From positions 1,235 to 65,234 of the forward strand of contig CAXBYW010000005.1 in NCBI GenBank assembly GCA_963980225.1: DNA of 64,000 nucleotides, written 5' to 3'. Shown here piece by piece: positions 30,215 through 39,933 of the stretch. Under the pieces are notes generated by a model that saw only the letters and a program-made list of their open reading frames with translations, was not told the DNA's origin and searched no databases. Every line of letters starts with the position of its first letter. The stretch's first letter is position 1. A program made the translations under genes and the position numbers. The stretch is from an uncultured bacterium. GTDB taxonomy: Bacteria > Patescibacteriota > Microgenomatia > UBA1400 > MFAQ01.

Positions 30215-31258
30215 ATGGTAAGAATTGGCATAATTGGTACGGGCTTTGGGGTTAGAAGCATGATTCCCACATTTAAAGAAATAAAAGGCTGTAAAGTCAT
30301 AGCTCTAGCTGGTAGGGACCTAGGTAGAACAAAAGAAATTACCAAAAAACACAATATCGAGTTTGCCTACGACAACTACCAAGACTTGATTAAAAATAAA
30401 GAAGTGGACTTAGTCTGTAATCCAACACCAAGCGATCTCCATCTAGAAATAGCTTTACTGGCCATAAAAAATAAAAAACACTTATTACAAGAAAAGCCCG
30501 CTGGACTAAACTCCAACCAAATAAAGAAACTCATCAAGGCAGCTAAAAAGACCAAAAAATTCATTGCTGTAAATCACGCCGCAAGGTTTAATCCTGTTAC
30601 TTTAAAAATTAAAAAGTTAATAGATACCGGTGTCTTAGGTAAGGTAACTTCAATATCAATCGATCACCACACTAACTACGGCAGCTTCAAGGGGGCTACT
30701 TACACCTGGTGGGATGACCACAAAAAGTCAGGTGGACAAACAGTCTTAGGCTACGGTACCCACTTTATCGATCTTGCAAGATACCTGACAGGTTTCCCCA
30801 AACTTGAAAAAGGTTTCTTACACGATCAAATAATAAGTGAGTCTCAGCCAGATAAGTTAACCGGTAAACTAAAAAAAGTTACTTCTCCAGATCAGTTTAG
30901 AGCCAACATCAAGCTTGCTGGCTCAATCAATCTTTCTCTCTCTACTACTCTCTATTCTTTTGGTTACAAAAATTTTGATCTAAAAATTCTAGGTACCAAG
31001 GGTGTCGTCTTCTACTCCGACTTAGATGGTCTACAACTCTCCACCGACAATAATCAGTTACTTCAAAAAGTTGTAATCAAAGACCCTCTGTCAAATATTA
31101 ACGTAGGTAACTCATTTGTCTCCAAGTCATTTAAGTTTCTAGCCAAAGATTTGATTAGTTATCTAAATGGTGAGACTAAAGACTTTAAATACTGTACCCT
31201 TAAACAAGCTTTAGAAAACCAACAGGTCTTGGAAAAAATAGGAGCCAAAAAACTTTAA
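30215..31258 (+). CDS. Gfo/Idh/MocA family oxidoreductase
   Basis: N-terminal Rossmann VRIGIIGTGFG. Start moved to ATG 30215 (longest ORF begins at TTG 30194). Confidence 0.65.
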   Translation: MVRIGIIGTGFGVRSMIPTFKEIKGCKVIALAGRDLGRTKEITKKHNIEFAYDNYQDLIKNKEVDLVCNPTPSDLHLEIALLAIKNKKHLLQEKPAGLNSNQIKKLIKAAKKTKKFIAVNHAARFNPVTLKIKKLIDTGVLGKVTSISIDHHTNYGSFKGATYTWWDDHKKSGGQTVLGYGTHFIDLARYLTGFPKLEKGFLHDQIISESQPDKLTGKLKKVTSPDQFRANIKLAGSINLSLSTTLYSFGYKNFDLKILGTKGVVFYSDLDGLQLSTDNNQLLQKVVIKDPLSNINVGNSFVSKSFKFLAKDLISYLNGETKDFKYCTLKQALENQQVLEKIGAKKL

Positions 31259-31260
31259 TT

Positions 31261-32079
31261 ATGAAAATCACCAAAGCATCCGGGCAGGCAGAAGAATTTA
31301 GCGCAAAGAAACTAACAAACTCACTTACATCCATAGGTGTCTCACAAGATGTAACAAAACAAGCTCTCCAGTTGGTTAAAGATAATCTCTCATCTGATAC
31401 CGACACTCACAAGGTTCACAATATAGTTTCCCAGTACTTAAGTCAGCACTCTCATCCTCTTCAGCGACTAAACTACAACTTAAAAAGGGCCATTTTTAAA
31501 TTAGGGCCTACAGGTTACCCTTTTGAGCACTTTATGGCTAAAATCCTGCGAGAATTTGGCTATCAAGCAAAGGTAGGGGCCATATTAAACGGTAAGTGTG
31601 TTGCCCATGAAATAGACATAGTTGCCAAAAAAGACAATCAAGTCTTCTATATAGAATGTAAGTTCCACAACAGACCAGGTCTAAAGACCGACATCCAGAC
31701 AGCTCTATATACCCAAGCAAGGTTTGAGGACGTATCAGGTGCTGCCAACAGTCCTAACCTAGACCATCACTCTTGGTTAATGACCAACACCAAGACTACA
31801 ACGGACGCCAACTCGTACGCCAAATGCCAAAACATGAAACTTACCTCTTGGAGCTATCCCAAAAAAGAAAGCTTGTTCCACTTGGTAGTTGGCTCTAAGT
31901 TGCATCCAATTACCGCCATCAACTCACTTTTACCTGACCAGGTAGAGACGTTACTAAAACAAAACATCATTACTCTAAAAGATCTAAGCCATCAACTAAA
32001 AAACAACCGACTGGCATACTTACTATCAAAAGAAGAAATAAAAAAGATCAAAGAAGAGATTACCGCCATCTATTCATGA
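31261..32079 (+). CDS. ATP-cone domain fused to restriction-endonuclease-like (PD-(D/E)xK, Mrr-type) domain protein
   Basis: N-terminal MKITKASGQAEEFSAKKL... (ATP-cone-like). Middle HEIDIVAKKDNQVFYIECKF (D...ExK). Confidence 0.5.
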   Translation: MKITKASGQAEEFSAKKLTNSLTSIGVSQDVTKQALQLVKDNLSSDTDTHKVHNIVSQYLSQHSHPLQRLNYNLKRAIFKLGPTGYPFEHFMAKILREFGYQAKVGAILNGKCVAHEIDIVAKKDNQVFYIECKFHNRPGLKTDIQTALYTQARFEDVSGAANSPNLDHHSWLMTNTKTTTDANSYAKCQNMKLTSWSYPKKESLFHLVVGSKLHPITAINSLLPDQVETLLKQNIITLKDLSHQLKNNRLAYLLSKEEIKKIKEEITAIYS

Positions 32080-32762
32080 ATCCAAATGAAGGTATTTTCC
32101 TAATCGACAAACCAACAGGTCTAACCAGCCACGACGTAGTAGATATAGTAAGAAAGAAGCTTGCCGTTCAAAGAGTCGGCCACACCGGCACGCTCGATCC
32201 ACTAGCCACAGGTCTTTTAATTATCTTGGTCGGCAGACAGCACACCAAAAGACAAGATGAATTCTTAAAGCAAGACAAACAGTACCAGGTAACCATTAAG
32301 TTGGGAGTAGAGACGGACTCTTATGACTCGGATGGTCAGATGGTAAAGACAGCTCCGTTGTCTATCCTTAAAAAAATAACTAAGCAAGATGTATTGCTTG
32401 CCTTAAAAAAATTCGAAGGTGAGATAGACCAAACAGTTCCCTCATTTTCAGCCGTTAAGATAAAGGGTAAAAAGCTCTACCAACTTGCTAGGCAAAAAAA
32501 GACAATAGCTAAGTTACCTGTAAGAACAGTAACAATCACCAGATTAGAACTTCTCTCCTTTGATGACAAGACACACGAGGTTGAGTTATTAGTAGACTGC
32601 ACCTCCGGTACATACATTCGCTCTCTAGCTCATGATCTAGGTAATGCTTTAGGGGTTGGTGGTCACGTCACCAAATTAAGAAGGACAAAAATTGGCCAGC
32701 TTTCTGTTAAACAAGCCACTTCCCCTCAAGACATCTCAAAGACTTCTAGTATTGAGATATAA
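32076..32762 (+). CDS. truB: tRNA pseudouridine(55) synthase
   Basis: GIFLIDKPTGLTSHDVV...VGHTGTLDPLATGLL catalytic Asp motif. Confidence 0.85.
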   Translation: MNPNEGIFLIDKPTGLTSHDVVDIVRKKLAVQRVGHTGTLDPLATGLLIILVGRQHTKRQDEFLKQDKQYQVTIKLGVETDSYDSDGQMVKTAPLSILKKITKQDVLLALKKFEGEIDQTVPSFSAVKIKGKKLYQLARQKKTIAKLPVRTVTITRLELLSFDDKTHEVELLVDCTSGTYIRSLAHDLGNALGVGGHVTKLRRTKIGQLSVKQATSPQDISKTSSIEI

Positions 32763-32765
32763 AAC

Positions 32766-32794
32766 TTACAGGATATTACAAGATAAGGTATAAT
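32766..32794 (+). promoter_or_regulatory. sigma70-like promoter (TTACAG-17-TATAAT) for the CBS gene
   Basis: Hexamers at 32766-32771 and 32789-32794 with 17-nt spacer. AAGGAG RBS before ATG 32881. Confidence 0.4.
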
Positions 32795-32880
32795 CATTTT
32801 TCCCTAACAAACAACTTAAGATTGCACATTGTCAGTTTTTTAAAGTAAGTTCAAAATAGACTCAAAAAAGGAGATGCATC

Positions 32881-33330
32881 ATGTTTACTGTTCGAGGCTT
32901 ATTACAGGAAAAGACGAATAAAGAGTTATTCTCTATCGGTCCAAGAGCGAGGGTTTCTACAGCCAACAACTTGATGAGAAGAAAAAAGATTGGTTCGTTG
33001 CTGGTCATAGAAAAAAACAAATTAGTGGGCATTATGACAATACGTGATTCATTCTTAAAAATAAATCATGATGTGCAAGCAGCCAAAGACACTCTGGTCA
33101 GAGAGGTGATGACACCAAAAGAAGAAGTCATCAGTGTTACCTCTTTTGCAAATATGAATGACTGCCTAGCAGTAATGGATCATCACACGATCCAACATCT
33201 GTTGGTTATAGAAGATGGGGAAGAAGAAGTCATTGGTATAGTTTCAATTAGAGATGTTGCTCGCAGCATTTCTGCCCATCAAGATTATCTTGCGGGGGAA
33301 ATGGGAAACTATAATCTATCAAGGACTTAA
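32881..33330 (+). CDS. CBS-domain pair protein
   Basis: Two CBS repeats (GIMTIRD...; GIVSIRDV). Confidence 0.7.
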   Translation: MFTVRGLLQEKTNKELFSIGPRARVSTANNLMRRKKIGSLLVIEKNKLVGIMTIRDSFLKINHDVQAAKDTLVREVMTPKEEVISVTSFANMNDCLAVMDHHTIQHLLVIEDGEEEVIGIVSIRDVARSISAHQDYLAGEMGNYNLSRT

Positions 33331-33548
33331 AAAAACTACTACAACAACTACATCACAACTAAAGGTTGGCCTTATTCAAAGGTCAACCTTTTTTACTGGT
33401 TTTCTCCTAAATCTATCAAAAACAGCTAATTTGTAGTAGAATACACCTAGCTTAAAGAACAGGTTCGGTCAAAGATTTTCTTTTCACCCTCATTGTTTCA
33501 GAAAGCAATTATTATTAAGGCCCGGATATTCTGGGTAGAAAGATTAGT

Positions 33549-33869
33549 ATGGATGCTCAAAATCCAAAAAAATTATATATAGGCAACCTGCCTTACAGTG
33601 TCACAGAAGATCAGCTTCGTGATCTATTTTCCCAGTTTGGGGAAATCGTAGATCTTAAGCTCATCACAGACAAAATGTCTGGACGCTCAAGAGGTATCGC
33701 CTTTGTAGAGTACACATCCGAAGAGGATGCTAATAAAGCTATAGAAGCTACTAACAACACCGAGCTAGAAGGTAGAGCAATCGTGGTAAACGTTGCCAGA
33801 CCTCCTAAGCCAAGAGGTGAAGGTGGTTTCGGTGGTGGAAACCGCGGTGGCGGTGGCTACGGCAGATAA
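33549..33869 (+). CDS. RRM-type RNA-binding protein with Gly-rich tail
   Basis: RNP2 LYIGNL, RNP1 RGIAFVEY, C-terminal GGFGGGNRGGGGYG. Confidence 0.8.
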   Translation: MDAQNPKKLYIGNLPYSVTEDQLRDLFSQFGEIVDLKLITDKMSGRSRGIAFVEYTSEEDANKAIEATNNTELEGRAIVVNVARPPKPRGEGGFGGGNRGGGGYGR

Positions 33870-33884
33870 GCTTTAGCTTTAACT

Positions 33885-33940
33885 TAAAACCCCTAGAAGG
33901 GATTATCCTAAAAACATAGTCTTTTTCTAGGGGTTTTTTG
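33885..33940 (+). terminator. rho-independent terminator after the RRM gene
   Basis: CCCCTAGAA...TTCTAGGGG stem followed by TTTTTT. Confidence 0.45.
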
Positions 33941-33970
33941 TATTAATTGCCAAATTTTCTACTCTTGGGA

Positions 33971-34900
33971 TTAAGGTCTAGTCAGCTCAGATAACTCACG
34001 ATTAGTTAATTGTTTTTTAAACCAACCCTTTGAGACGTTCATATAGCTTAATAAACCTAACTCATTAAATTTATTTAGTCTTTGAAAACCAGTTTTCTCG
34101 TCAACAGGGAACAAAGATACTTTTTTAGATATTTCTTGTACAAGTTTCAATTGTTGTTTGTTTGCATTAACCTCTTGTCTTAAAACTGCTTTCCACACTG
34201 ATATACTACCCGGCTTGTCGGCAGTATCATTTTCCAGATCGTTAACGCTTTTTGAACTAATAGGTCCAAACTTATTTCTATTTTCCCAAAAACTATCCTC
34301 TTCTATATCAGGATCATTGTAATGACCTTGCTCATGCAGTAAAGCAGACAGATCATCAGCGTTCCTAAGTGAAGTAATAATTATATTCTCAACTCCAACC
34401 ATCGATGTGCCAAATTGTCTCCTTATCTCATTATTAAGTTTATGCTTCTTTTTAGCCATATCCAGCTCCATAATTGACACGCTTTCTTTGGTACCAAGAA
34501 CAAGAGGTCTAACCTCAAAATAAATGTCTGTAAAATGATCTAAAATATCTACATCATTTATTTTTAAAGAAGTAAGTTTCAACGCTTTCACACTATTTTT
34601 TCCTTTATCAATTTTCTTAGGAGACAGCAGCTCAATTTTCATCTGTTGTCCACCTTCCATTACCCCTTCTGTTAATACTGAGCTTACTCTATATCCATTT
34701 TCAATCCTTTTGACTTTTGATTCTTTCCCAAAAATTTCCTTGATTCTTGGAACATCTAAAGGGACTATTCTAAAGTCACGTTCTTGTTGTCCTCCTGCTT
34801 CCATATAGTCAAGTTTAACAAGTTTTAGAAGTAAGTTCCAACAAGGGTGGAAACTCAGTCTAAAGGCACTTTGCAACTTAGATGGTGTAAAATATGTCAT
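33971..34900 (-). CDS. hypothetical protein (element-associated)
   Basis: Longest ORF reaches 35092 but the N-terminal extension is implausible (Phe/Pro-rich). Start set at MTYFTPS (cat 34898-34900). Confidence 0.35.
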   Translation of the reverse strand: MTYFTPSKLQSAFRLSFHPCWNLLLKLVKLDYMEAGGQQERDFRIVPLDVPRIKEIFGKESKVKRIENGYRVSSVLTEGVMEGGQQMKIELLSPKKIDKGKNSVKALKLTSLKINDVDILDHFTDIYFEVRPLVLGTKESVSIMELDMAKKKHKLNNEIRRQFGTSMVGVENIIITSLRNADDLSALLHEQGHYNDPDIEEDSFWENRNKFGPISSKSVNDLENDTADKPGSISVWKAVLRQEVNANKQQLKLVQEISKKVSLFPVDEKTGFQRLNKFNELGLLSYMNVSKGWFKKQLTNRELSELTRP

Positions 34901-34933
34901 TATTAAGCTTGGTGAAGACAAATAGTAAAAAGG

Positions 34934-35200
34934 ATGGACAAAGAAAAGACAATCAATTTCGAAAGTATTAGCAGGAAAGAAAAGATTACGATAATTACTG
35001 AGATACTGGATGATTATTTGACACCAGCAAGGGCGGCTTCTAAAAATATAGAAGAAAATTGGCCAGAATGGAAAAGAGAATATGCAGAACAAAAACGCAA
35101 TGAATATAGAGGGGGCTCTGTATTGAATTTGACCCCAGAAGAAAAAGGTGACCTGAAGGTGGCTCTTTTTGACATACTCTTATTATCAGATTTTACATAA
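34934..35200 (+). CDS. small hypothetical protein (88 aa), divergent from 33971..34900
   Basis: ORF only. Confidence 0.2.
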   Translation: MDKEKTINFESISRKEKITIITEILDDYLTPARAASKNIEENWPEWKREYAEQKRNEYRGGSVLNLTPEEKGDLKVALFDILLLSDFT

Positions 35201-35396
35201 ACCTCACACATAAGATGTTGATGTGTATGTCAACCTGATCATTTGTGACCCTAGACCTTCTGCAACCGAACCAAGTTATTTCAAACCTAGTTGACTTGAT
35301 TCACACCTTCTTGCCCGACACCCAGCAGCTTGCATTTGCTACCTAAAGATACTCCAGTAAAGGTAATTGAACCTGAGTAATGATAAAATAATTGGC

Positions 35397-35915
35397 ATGT
35401 CAGATGAGTTAATTGATCAGGTTGACGAGAACGATGAAATAATAGGATCTATTTTCAAGAGTCAAGCCCATCAGAACCCATCGCTTATCCATAGAGAAGT
35501 GGCGATTGTTGTTTTCAATAAAAAAGGAGAGGTACTACTCCAACAAAGAAGTATGAAAAAAATGAACGACCCTGGTCACTGGAAAATGACAGCCGCAGGG
35601 CATATTGGGGCAGGTGAAGATCCAGAAGAAGCCATCAAGAGAGAAGTGGAAGAAGAACTGGGTATCAAAGTTGAGCCAACTTATTACAAAAAAGTATTTG
35701 AGAAATATAGAGACAAGGAAGCTCGGTTTTTTTGGATCTACTACACAGTCTTAAGTAAGGAACAACCATTGAAATTAGATAAAGAAGAAGTCATGGATGC
35801 CAAGTGGGTTAAATACTCTGGTCTTAAAGAGTTCTCGAAAAACAATAAATACCTCTTATCTAGTCCTTCACACACTAGAATTACTGAAGTAGCTGAAATA
35901 CTAGATTTCACTTGA
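35397..35915 (+). CDS. NUDIX hydrolase
   Basis: Nudix box GHIGAGEDPEEAIKREVEEELGI (Gx5Ex7REuxEExGu). Start at ATG 35397. Confidence 0.7.
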   Translation: MSDELIDQVDENDEIIGSIFKSQAHQNPSLIHREVAIVVFNKKGEVLLQQRSMKKMNDPGHWKMTAAGHIGAGEDPEEAIKREVEEELGIKVEPTYYKKVFEKYRDKEARFFWIYYTVLSKEQPLKLDKEEVMDAKWVKYSGLKEFSKNNKYLLSSPSHTRITEVAEILDFT

Positions 35916-36097
35916 AACCAAATAAAACCTCGATACATAGGTTAAATGTGACCCATACAGGTCCGTCTTCAAACCAAGTATGGCTAGAGCTTAGTAAGTT
36001 ATACCGTGATCTCGAACAGGCACAAAAGAATACATTGAACCATCTCCCATTAAGGCATGGAACATCGTAACAAGAAGGTGATGATAAAATATAAAGC

Positions 36098-36631
36098 ATG
36101 AGTAAGTTTGTAGTCACTTTCGCTGGTCCAGTAGGTAGTTCTAAAACACCAATTGCACATCATCTTAGTTATACTTTTAATCTACCAATTTTTAACAACG
36201 ATACTATTAGAACCGAAGTTGCGGAAGACCTTCTGCAGTTCGATAATGAAGAATTTAGGAAACGAGCCCGAAAAAGAATAAAAAATATTGTAGACAGAGA
36301 CCTTCCATTTATTTATGACGCAAGTGTCGATAGAACTTGGGAGGAAATAAAACAAATTTTAATAAATAATAACTACAGATGGTTTATTATTAACCTTGAC
36401 CTAAGTAAATCTTTTTTAGTTAAGTTGTATCAGGTGAAAAATTATGAAGATTCTCTTAGTGAAATAGATCGCTTCATTGCTGAGCATCATAAATTTCTCA
36501 AGAAACATAAAAATGACATTTCACTCAATATAAATGATCAAAATTTTTCAAATAGATTAAGTATTTCAGCAAGTAAGCTTGCAAAATGGTTAAAAAACCA
36601 AATAAATCCCGACACACCTGTTAAATTGTGA
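36098..36631 (+). CDS. small P-loop NTPase / kinase-like protein (AAA_33/CPT-like size)
   Basis: Walker A GPVGSSKT at residues 10-17, 177 aa. Confidence 0.5.
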   Translation: MSKFVVTFAGPVGSSKTPIAHHLSYTFNLPIFNNDTIRTEVAEDLLQFDNEEFRKRARKRIKNIVDRDLPFIYDASVDRTWEEIKQILINNNYRWFIINLDLSKSFLVKLYQVKNYEDSLSEIDRFIAEHHKFLKKHKNDISLNINDQNFSNRLSISASKLAKWLKNQINPDTPVKL

Positions 36632-36704
36632 ACCACCCTTATTTTAATTCGAACGGAAGGAAGAATCAAACTCCGTTTATTTCGAACGAGGAAATAATGC
36701 AATT

Positions 36705-36720
36705 CCTGGTTGCAACCAGG
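36705..36720. repeat. 16-bp perfect palindrome CCTGGTTGCAACCAGG in 160-bp intergenic region
   Basis: Read directly. Adjacent duplicated TTCGAACG motifs (36648-36690). Confidence 0.6.
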
Positions 36721-36793
36721 CAAATACAAGATATTAAGGTAGAGCATAGCATAACTTAATGACCACCGCTTTCTAAGTGGGTTATAATGAAGT

Positions 36794-37618
36794 ATGACAA
36801 AGAAGGAAGAGTTTGCATTGCTTTGCCGAGAATACTTTAAGGGTAAGGATTGCAAACTTGATAAATTGAATTCTACCAAGCTTCAGCCTTACTATTTTTG
36901 GAAAAACAAAGCAGATAACGTTTTCGAATATGTCCTCTTTGACTTAGATAAAAATGGAATATTTTATGATATTGAGTTTTATACTTCACCATACATAAAA
37001 ATTAGAAAAACAATTCATATCGACCACGCTGAAACTCCACTTTTTAGCTATTTTGAAATAACCTATCCGGACAAAAAATCCAAGATGTCATACGCAAATC
37101 TACTTAGAATAGGAGAAGAGACTGAGTTTTCAACAAAAGATTATTTTGAGTATTTCAAGTATGCATACGAAACTTGCAAGACAGATATCTTTGATAAAAA
37201 CCTTAAAGACTTGAAAAAGAAAAGAAATAATTATCGTGTCAACCTAGAAACAATGAACCGTATATGGGAAAAATACCAAGAGATTGGAGAACAACCCTTC
37301 GAAGATTTTATTTCAAGCAATACGGCTTTTTATATGGACAGTTTTGAATTTTTCAGAAAGGACAACCCACTCGATATCGAACTCGGTTTGCAAACTTTCA
37401 ACAGGCAGTTTTATACAAAAGCTTTTGCCAGCAAGCTTAAAGATGATTATGAATCAATGAGAAAATTTGTGTTTTATGCAATTCCTGAAATATATAAACA
37501 CTTCGAAGATTTTTGTTATCCTCATTATAAGAATGATAAGTTTGACACGGTACACCTAACAAAATTTCAGAGTACTGCAGTTGCCTACTTTGCAGAAAAA
37601 CGTTTGTTTTCGAAATAA
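36794..37618 (+). CDS. hypothetical protein, very AT-rich, Tyr/Phe/Lys-rich (274 aa)
   Basis: ORF with composition distinct from its neighbours. No motif. Confidence 0.4.
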   Translation: MTKKEEFALLCREYFKGKDCKLDKLNSTKLQPYYFWKNKADNVFEYVLFDLDKNGIFYDIEFYTSPYIKIRKTIHIDHAETPLFSYFEITYPDKKSKMSYANLLRIGEETEFSTKDYFEYFKYAYETCKTDIFDKNLKDLKKKRNNYRVNLETMNRIWEKYQEIGEQPFEDFISSNTAFYMDSFEFFRKDNPLDIELGLQTFNRQFYTKAFASKLKDDYESMRKFVFYAIPEIYKHFEDFCYPHYKNDKFDTVHLTKFQSTAVAYFAEKRLFSK

Positions 37619-37830
37619 TCAAACATTACTATTGCCTAGAAATGTGTCGTTTGGATAGTAACTTGTCCCTCAAACTGTTTCTCTGGTATTTAGTCATGAT
37701 AGAAGTAGTTACTCCTTGTATTGTCTGGATTCACTCGGGGAGTGAAATATTGCCCTTGAAAGTAGTTGCTGGTAAAGTTTAATAACCCCAGCCTACTCCT
37801 TATAACTTTCAGATTGTATTTTAAACAATT

Positions 37831-39696
37831 TTGCATACAACCAAAAAGCACAAAATTGGCTGGGACGGGTCTAGTATTGCCTTCCCTGTCTTTGACAAGA
37901 GTGGAGATATTGTCAATATTCGTCACAGGAGAAGTCCTAATAAAACCAAGGGGCAGAAATTCTGGAACGAGAAAGGTGGTAAGGCTTCGTTGTTTAACAT
38001 CCAAACACTTAAAGATAATTCGGAGTCCACAATCATCTGTGAAGGAGAGTTTGACGCTATGGTTGCTGAACAGTTTGGATATTCAGCGGTAAGCAGTACA
38101 GCTGGCGCAGGAACATTCAAGGAAGGTTGGGTAAAGGAATTCGAGGAGGTAAAAACTGTCTACATTTGTTATGACACCGATGAAGCCGGAAAAGATGGAG
38201 CCAAGAAGGTGGCAAAACTATTTGAAAGCAAGGCAAGGATAGTCGAGTTACCCCACAAGGGTGATAAAAAGGTTGACCTCACTGACTATTTTGCAAAACT
38301 AAAACACAATCGAGAGGACTTCGATAAATTACTCCAAAAAGCGAAGCCGCTAAAAACAAAATATGAGCTGGTTGAAGATGTATCTGATGAAGAAGTTCAT
38401 CCAGCAGTAGATTATAAGCACGACAGACTGTTCTACACCTTGACGCTGCCAGTAAAAGCTAATGATGAGCCCAAATCGGCTGCGGTAACAATCTCTGGTG
38501 GCCACAAGGTCGGATACGATACTAATAGTCTTGGGTATGTGAGTATTGATGGTAGAGAAATAAAGATTAAAAACGTTTCACAAATACCTAATGCCTACGC
38601 CCGATGGAGCACAAAGGATTTGAGCAGATATTTGAAAAGTAACAAGACAGTGACACCTGCGCTACCTTTTATGGAAATAAAGGAAGTACTGAACAAGTTC
38701 GTAGACTTCAGGAATGAGAAAGATGCTGACATAATAACTCTTTGGCTCATTGGCACCTACTGCTTCCCTGTGTTTGACGCTTACCCATACCTCTATTTCG
38801 TAGGAGTCAAAAGAAGCGGAAAAACAAAGACTCTTCTTATCATTGAAAAGCTGTCATTTAATTCTGCTATGTCTAGCGATATGTCCTCTGCGGTTTTGTT
38901 TAGGATAGTTGAAGCAAAGCGAGCCACTGTCGCACTTGACGAGAGTGAGCAGCTATCAGATAAATCCAGGAAGAAAGACCTGCGATTGATACTCAACTCC
39001 GGCTACAAGCGAGGTGCTCCTGCATACAGAGCAAAGAAGCAGAAGGATGGCGGATTTACCCTAGAGGCGTTTGAGGTTTATAGTCCCAAAGCGATTGCAA
39101 ACATATCAGGGATGAATGATGTTCTTGAGGATAGAGCTCTCACCATCACAATGGTTAGGACAAACAACAAAAAGGTTGGAAACACTGCTGTAACTGAAAA
39201 GGTCGAGGATTGGAAATATCTGCGCTCACTGCTGTATGAATTTGCACTCGAATACGCAAGTCAAATATCTGATGTTTACCACAACGACCCTGGCGTTAAT
39301 GAGCTATTAAACAGGCAAAATGAACTCTGGAGCCCACTTCTGAGCATTGCAAAGGTAGTCGGGAAGGACTTGTTTGATGAGATCAACAAGGAGGCTAAAA
39401 AGAGGGCAGAAGAAGCATCTGGTGCAGATCTGGAGGATTTTGACTCTTCCGTGCTTCTTGCCCTTAGAGAACTTTCACCGGAAGAAGTTGAGACTACGCT
39501 AACAAATAAGCAAATCAAGAGTAAGGCTCATGAGTACTTGGAAGATGACCAGCGAGAGTATCTGACAAGTCGTGGTATTGGTGCTGCACTCAAAAGGTTT
39601 GGTATCAAAGGAAAAAAGATACAAGGCTACTGGAGATACGCAATAAAACCCGATGAGATCCAGGACCTAGTAAAGCGATATGGAGTAGATGTTTGA
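37831..39696 (+). CDS. Toprim-domain DNA primase fused to P-loop (helicase/primase-C-like) domain
   Basis: Toprim CEGEFDAM...YICYDTDEAGKDGA (E...DxD). Walker A GVKRSGKTK. Upstream region has AGTAGTT repeats and a TCACTC/GAGTGA hairpin. Confidence 0.65.
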   Translation: MHTTKKHKIGWDGSSIAFPVFDKSGDIVNIRHRRSPNKTKGQKFWNEKGGKASLFNIQTLKDNSESTIICEGEFDAMVAEQFGYSAVSSTAGAGTFKEGWVKEFEEVKTVYICYDTDEAGKDGAKKVAKLFESKARIVELPHKGDKKVDLTDYFAKLKHNREDFDKLLQKAKPLKTKYELVEDVSDEEVHPAVDYKHDRLFYTLTLPVKANDEPKSAAVTISGGHKVGYDTNSLGYVSIDGREIKIKNVSQIPNAYARWSTKDLSRYLKSNKTVTPALPFMEIKEVLNKFVDFRNEKDADIITLWLIGTYCFPVFDAYPYLYFVGVKRSGKTKTLLIIEKLSFNSAMSSDMSSAVLFRIVEAKRATVALDESEQLSDKSRKKDLRLILNSGYKRGAPAYRAKKQKDGGFTLEAFEVYSPKAIANISGMNDVLEDRALTITMVRTNNKKVGNTAVTEKVEDWKYLRSLLYEFALEYASQISDVYHNDPGVNELLNRQNELWSPLLSIAKVVGKDLFDEINKEAKKRAEEASGADLEDFDSSVLLALRELSPEEVETTLTNKQIKSKAHEYLEDDQREYLTSRGIGAALKRFGIKGKKIQGYWRYAIKPDEIQDLVKRYGVDV

Positions 39697-39933
39697 GTAG
39701 ACAACAAGTAGACGTATGATAACAACAAATAGTCCAGCAACAAGGCAAAAAGCGAGAAAAGAAGTAGACATTGCTGGGAAAACACATCACCCTGACTCAT
39801 TTTCTATCCGATACATATTCCTGGTTCAGGGCATGGTTATAAGATTTGCTGCAAATGTCTACCGAAAATTCATAAAAGTGCCTGTTTATTGGGGAAAACA
39901 AGTAGAAAGTATGTCTACCTAAAGTCTACTAAT

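Noticed and set aside
34901-35092. N-terminal 64-aa extension of ORF 33971..35092 (MFCIFSFPFWPIFFYIF...)
   Set aside because: The Phe/Pro/Cys-rich sequence lacks a start context and would overlap the divergent small ORF region. The internal Met at 34900 gives a more plausible protein.
33950-36800. Direct repeat of the tRNA-Glu 3' end marking the left element boundary
   Set aside because: I searched by eye for copies of GGATTTGAACCCGCG/GACCCCGG in the 33.9-36.8 kb region and found none. This is expected for serine integrases, which use short cores. The left boundary therefore remains unassigned.
39716-39922. 68-aa ORF in the gap after the primase gene
   Set aside because: No RBS, and it overlaps the likely start region of the next gene. 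Possibly real, but unsupported.
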